Part shown: in pieces, positions 60,642 to 64,000 of the stretch
Position numbering within the stretch: the first letter of the stretch is position 1
How the letters are laid out: the number at the start of each line of letters is the position of its first letter
Assembly: GCA_024137785.1 (NCBI GenBank)
Contig: JAHRHZ010000274.1
Span: forward strand, 17,846,871-17,910,870
Source: Ginglymostoma cirratum
Lineage: Eukaryota
Direction: 5' to 3'
DNA length: 64,000 nt
Position numbers and translations under genes: made by a program
Notes under the pieces: generated by a model
The model's database searches: none
What the model saw: the letters and a program-made list of their open reading frames with translations, nothing else
Told to the model about the DNA's origin: nothing

Positions 60642-61821
60642 TGCGGCCTTAAGTTTTTTTTTAAAATGTTGGAACAGTAGAAGCAGCATTAATGGGTAGA
60701 ATCAGGGTCCCACAGAACTAGGCGTCAGGTTTAACTTTTGGCAGTTGTTTGGGGTTTGAAGTTGGTTGTAAAAACTGTTATTCATCTCTCTGCTACACCT
60801 AAAAACATTGGGTTCTCTCTCTGTGGCCACAATCGCATGTGAGACAATCTGTTTTACTGAATAATTTGCCTTTGGCAAGGGTGTGTTTCTTGGATGTTAC
60901 TATATTGGAACAATTGCTGTTTGGTAGTTAAGTAATATATCATTCTGGTAAGTTTTCTAATAGAGTTAAAGATATATCAATTTTTTTTGATTTGTATTTT
61001 AACAGTTGGTTAAAAATGAAGTGTGTGTTGCTTAAAGCTGAGCAGTATAACTAATCGAATTACATCTGGAACACAGCACCCTATGCTTGCCTTTAAATAG
61101 GATAAGAGTTAGGGGTAGGCTATCTCTTTGAAATTTTTGAAGGGGTTTTGGTCTGGTCTGTAACTATGTGTTGTGGAAGCCATTTTGGAAACTCAAAGAT
61201 CACCAATAGCACTCAATAATAGGCTGTACTGAGCCCAATTTCTCAGGCCTTTTGTTAAAGAAGGAAGGAAAGAATGAGGAAGGTCAAACTTCCTCAGTTC
61301 TGTGGTTTTAGGAATGGCTCAGAATGGTAGATGGTGCAATGAGGTTTGATTTTAATTGAGGAAGAGTGAGCAGCACAACATATTTTTGCAAATGATAAAG
61401 TCTCAACATTAATACTTGTTCTTTACTTCTGTTAATGTAAAACTTCCAGATTTAAAATGCCTTTGAGCAGAATGTGTCAGCTAACAGGGTAAGGTACAAT
61501 TGTGTGAGCGGAATGTGACTACTCCTGTATATAAATGCCTAGAATTGGTGGAGTGGGGCATCAGTTCTAAAATATATTGGCCACAATGTGGATGTATTGC
61601 AGTGAAGAAATCAGGAAGCTTGGCAATCAATAGGTTAAACAGTGTCCCTTATCTAATTTGTTTTAAGCAATCAGAGATAAAATAAAAGGAAGGACTGGGA
61701 AAGAGGGTGTATTAGAGGGGGTGGACTTAATGTCAAAACAAGTACAAAAACTGAAGCAACATAAGGGAAAGTAAGATTGAAACAAGGGAGAAGACAGTAA
61801 AGAAAATAAGTTAAACTTAGA

Positions 61822-63003
61822 GGGCAGGTTTTCCAATGGCCGGACAGTCATTATTCCAGAATGGATGAGAGTTGTGCACAGGGATCCTGTGGCTTCCCCA
61901 TCACAGCAGACTCTGTAGGAACTGCCCAGGAAATTGAACTTTCCACCAGGCAATTTCACTAGGCTCCATATTAAAGTCTTCACAACAATCAGAGATTTCG
62001 GAGGGTTCTGATGAAGTTAATAAAATAGGTATTCACAAAATGTTAGACTATTAAATATGTAGTCTAACACCTGAGTAACTATGAGACTGACCTCATACTT
62101 AACTCATAAACACCACCCCTGCCAACCAACCTGACCCAACACCTGAACTCCTCCTCCCCAGCCATCCCTTCCCTTCTACCCATTAGCTAATTTCAACACC
62201 CCTGCCCTCCTGCACAGCACCCAAACTGACTCCGGCTGCTGGGCCCAAAACCCTGGATCTGACAGCTACCCTCCTCTGCTTGAGCCCGTTTCTTCAGCTG
62301 ACCCTGACCTACCCTAAACACTTACATGCCACCATTTCACCTTGAATCTTGGCATCCTACTCTCTTCCCAGCTGGCATCCTTGTACACTTAGAGTCATAG
62401 AATCCCTACTGTTCAGAAAGAAACCATTCAACTCATTGAGGCTGCATGAACACTCTGAAGACCACACCACCCACACCCAGTTCTCACCCTATTCCTGTAC
62501 CCCTGCATTATTGCTAATCCATATAACCCGCATGTCCCTGGACACTATGGCCAACCTGCTTAACCTACACATCTTTGGACTGTGGGAGGAAACCAGTGCA
62601 GACATGGGGCGAATGCGCAAACTCCACACAGTCACCTAACACTGGAATTGAACCTGGGTCCCTGGTGCTTTGAAGCAGCAGTGCTAATTACTGGACCACC
62701 AGGCCGCCCTATTACCCATCCATCTGGAACTCAACAGTTCCAGCACCCTAACGTCATCTTTACCTTATACTCTTACCATTTGACAGCAGCTGTCAAAATG
62801 ACTGTCCAGTTTGTCTCATTGTTCATTTTCTCTGGCAGTTCTGTGCAACGAAATAACTGTCAGAATGGAATGGCCCCTCTGCATTTCTGACGGAGACCTG
62901 AGAAGAATCTCCTCTGAGAAATATGCAGCTTCCTTCTTTCATAAAAAAAAATGGCTGGAGTGGCACTCTGTATGAGATTGCCACTCACTGGAAATTCTGG
63001 CCC
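61822..63003. mobile_element. Possible non-autonomous DNA transposon (Harbinger-like TIRs) containing an HE1 SINE
   Basis: Imperfect terminal inverted repeats GGGCAGGTTTTCCA and TGGAAATTCTGGCCC. Confidence 0.35.
62391..62709 (-). mobile_element. HE1-type SINE
   Basis: GGAAACCAGTGCAGACATGGGGCGAATGCGCAAACTCCACACAGTCACC (V domain, reverse) and tail AGAGTCATAGAATCCCTAC. Confidence 0.9.
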
Positions 63004-63139
63004 ATAATGTTTGTATTTTGCAAGTATCTAAAAATAATTCACAACCTGAAGCAATGAGACTTCCCTCTTTAACTGTTCCTTTTTCAGGCCAGAGAAATTG
63101 TTTGGCAGTTAGTAATGATTTTTGGTGTTCTTTCGATGA

Positions 63140-63650
63140 ATGTGGAAAGATGTTGTTAAACTTGAAAGGGTTCAGAAAAAATTTACAAGGATGTTGCCAG
63201 GGTTGGAGGGTTTGTGCTGTAGGGAGAGACTGAATAGGCTGGGGTTTTTTCCCTGGAGTGCTGGAGGCTGAGAGGTGACCTTATAGAAGTTTATAAAATC
63301 ATGAGGAGCATGGATAGGGTGTAGCTAAGGTCTTTTTCCCAGAGTACGGGAGTCTAAAACTAGAGGGTACAGGTTTAAAGTGAGGGGGGGAAGATTTAAA
63401 AGAGACCTAAGGGACAGCTTTTTCACAGAGAGTGGTGCATGCATGGATTGAGCTGCCAGAGGAGGCGTTGGAGGTGGGTACAATTACAACGTTTAAAAGG
63501 CATCTGGATAGGTAAGTGAATAGGAAGGGTTTAGAGGGCCATGGGCCAAATGCTGGCAAATGAGACTAGATGTGTTCAGGATATCTGGTCATCATGGACA
63601 AGTTGGACTGAAGGGTCTGTTTCTGTGTTGTCCAACTCTATGACTCTATT
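63140..63650 (+). mobile_element. CR1/HER1 3' fragment
   Basis: GAGAGGTGACCTTATAGAAGTTTATAAAATCATGAG (RGDLIEVYKIM) and a CTCTATGACTCTA tail. Confidence 0.92.
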
Positions 63651-63654
63651 TAGG

Positions 63655-64000
63655 TATTGTTGGCAAGGCTAGCATTTGTTGCCCATTCTTAATTGTCCTT
63701 GAGAAGCTGGTGGTGCTCTGTCTTCTTGAACTGACACAGTCCATGTGCTGTGTGCAAACCTGAACAGACTGAAATAGAACAATTGATAATGGAGAACAAG
63801 GAAATGGCAGAGCAATTAAGCAACAACTTCTATTCTCTCTTCACAGAAGACACAGAAAACTTTCCAGAAATGCTAGGGAAACAATGGCTTTTTAGGAAGG
63901 AAAATATTGAAGAAATTAGTGAACAGAGCTGGAGAAGTTAATGGGATGCTGATAAATCCCCAGGGCCTGATAATTTACGTGCTAGGTCCTGAAAGCCGTG
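63655..64000. mobile_element. Family-B LINE tail (minus) followed by a CR1 ORF2 fragment (plus)
   Basis: GCATTTGTTGCCCATTCTTAATTGTCCTTGAGAAG, then MENKEMAEQLSNNFYSLFTED and DKSPGPDNL. Confidence 0.75.

Noticed and set aside
1-64000. Prokaryotic-type systems (CRISPR arrays, operons, retrons) and the many 60-130 aa ORFs
   Set aside because: The DNA is eukaryotic with spliced exons and has no regularly spaced repeat-spacer array. The short ORFs are TE fragments or random.

Overview
Repeat-rich vertebrate genomic DNA, most likely from a cartilaginous fish (shark), judging by HE1-type SINEs, HER1/CR1 LINEs and Penelope-like elements. The only supportable host gene is a minus-strand PEAK-family (NKF3) pseudokinase with three coding exons (35507-35648, 17064-17755, 4322-5434; 648 aa). 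It has the short N-terminus and exon layout of PEAK3 (C19orf35), but a PEAK1-like pseudokinase domain (HCD, NFS, APE). The introns and upstream ~28 kb hold many CR1 LINE fragments (some nested) and tRNA-derived SINEs. They also hold two decayed Ty3/Gypsy LTR retrotransposons plus a related solo LTR, a tRNA-Thr(TGT) pseudogene, a Penelope-like element with a GIY-YIG remnant and a hammerhead-ribozyme end, several fold-back Penelope-end insertions, and faint Harbinger and tyrosine-recombinase relics. The most notable observations are the mosaic PEAK3/PEAK1 protein, a hairpin-loop micro-inversion between the two LTRs of one provirus, and the recurring palindromic hammerhead-type insertions. I see no clearly new multi-gene system. 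Family names and comparisons to human proteins are from recall, not database searches, and most repeat boundaries are approximate.
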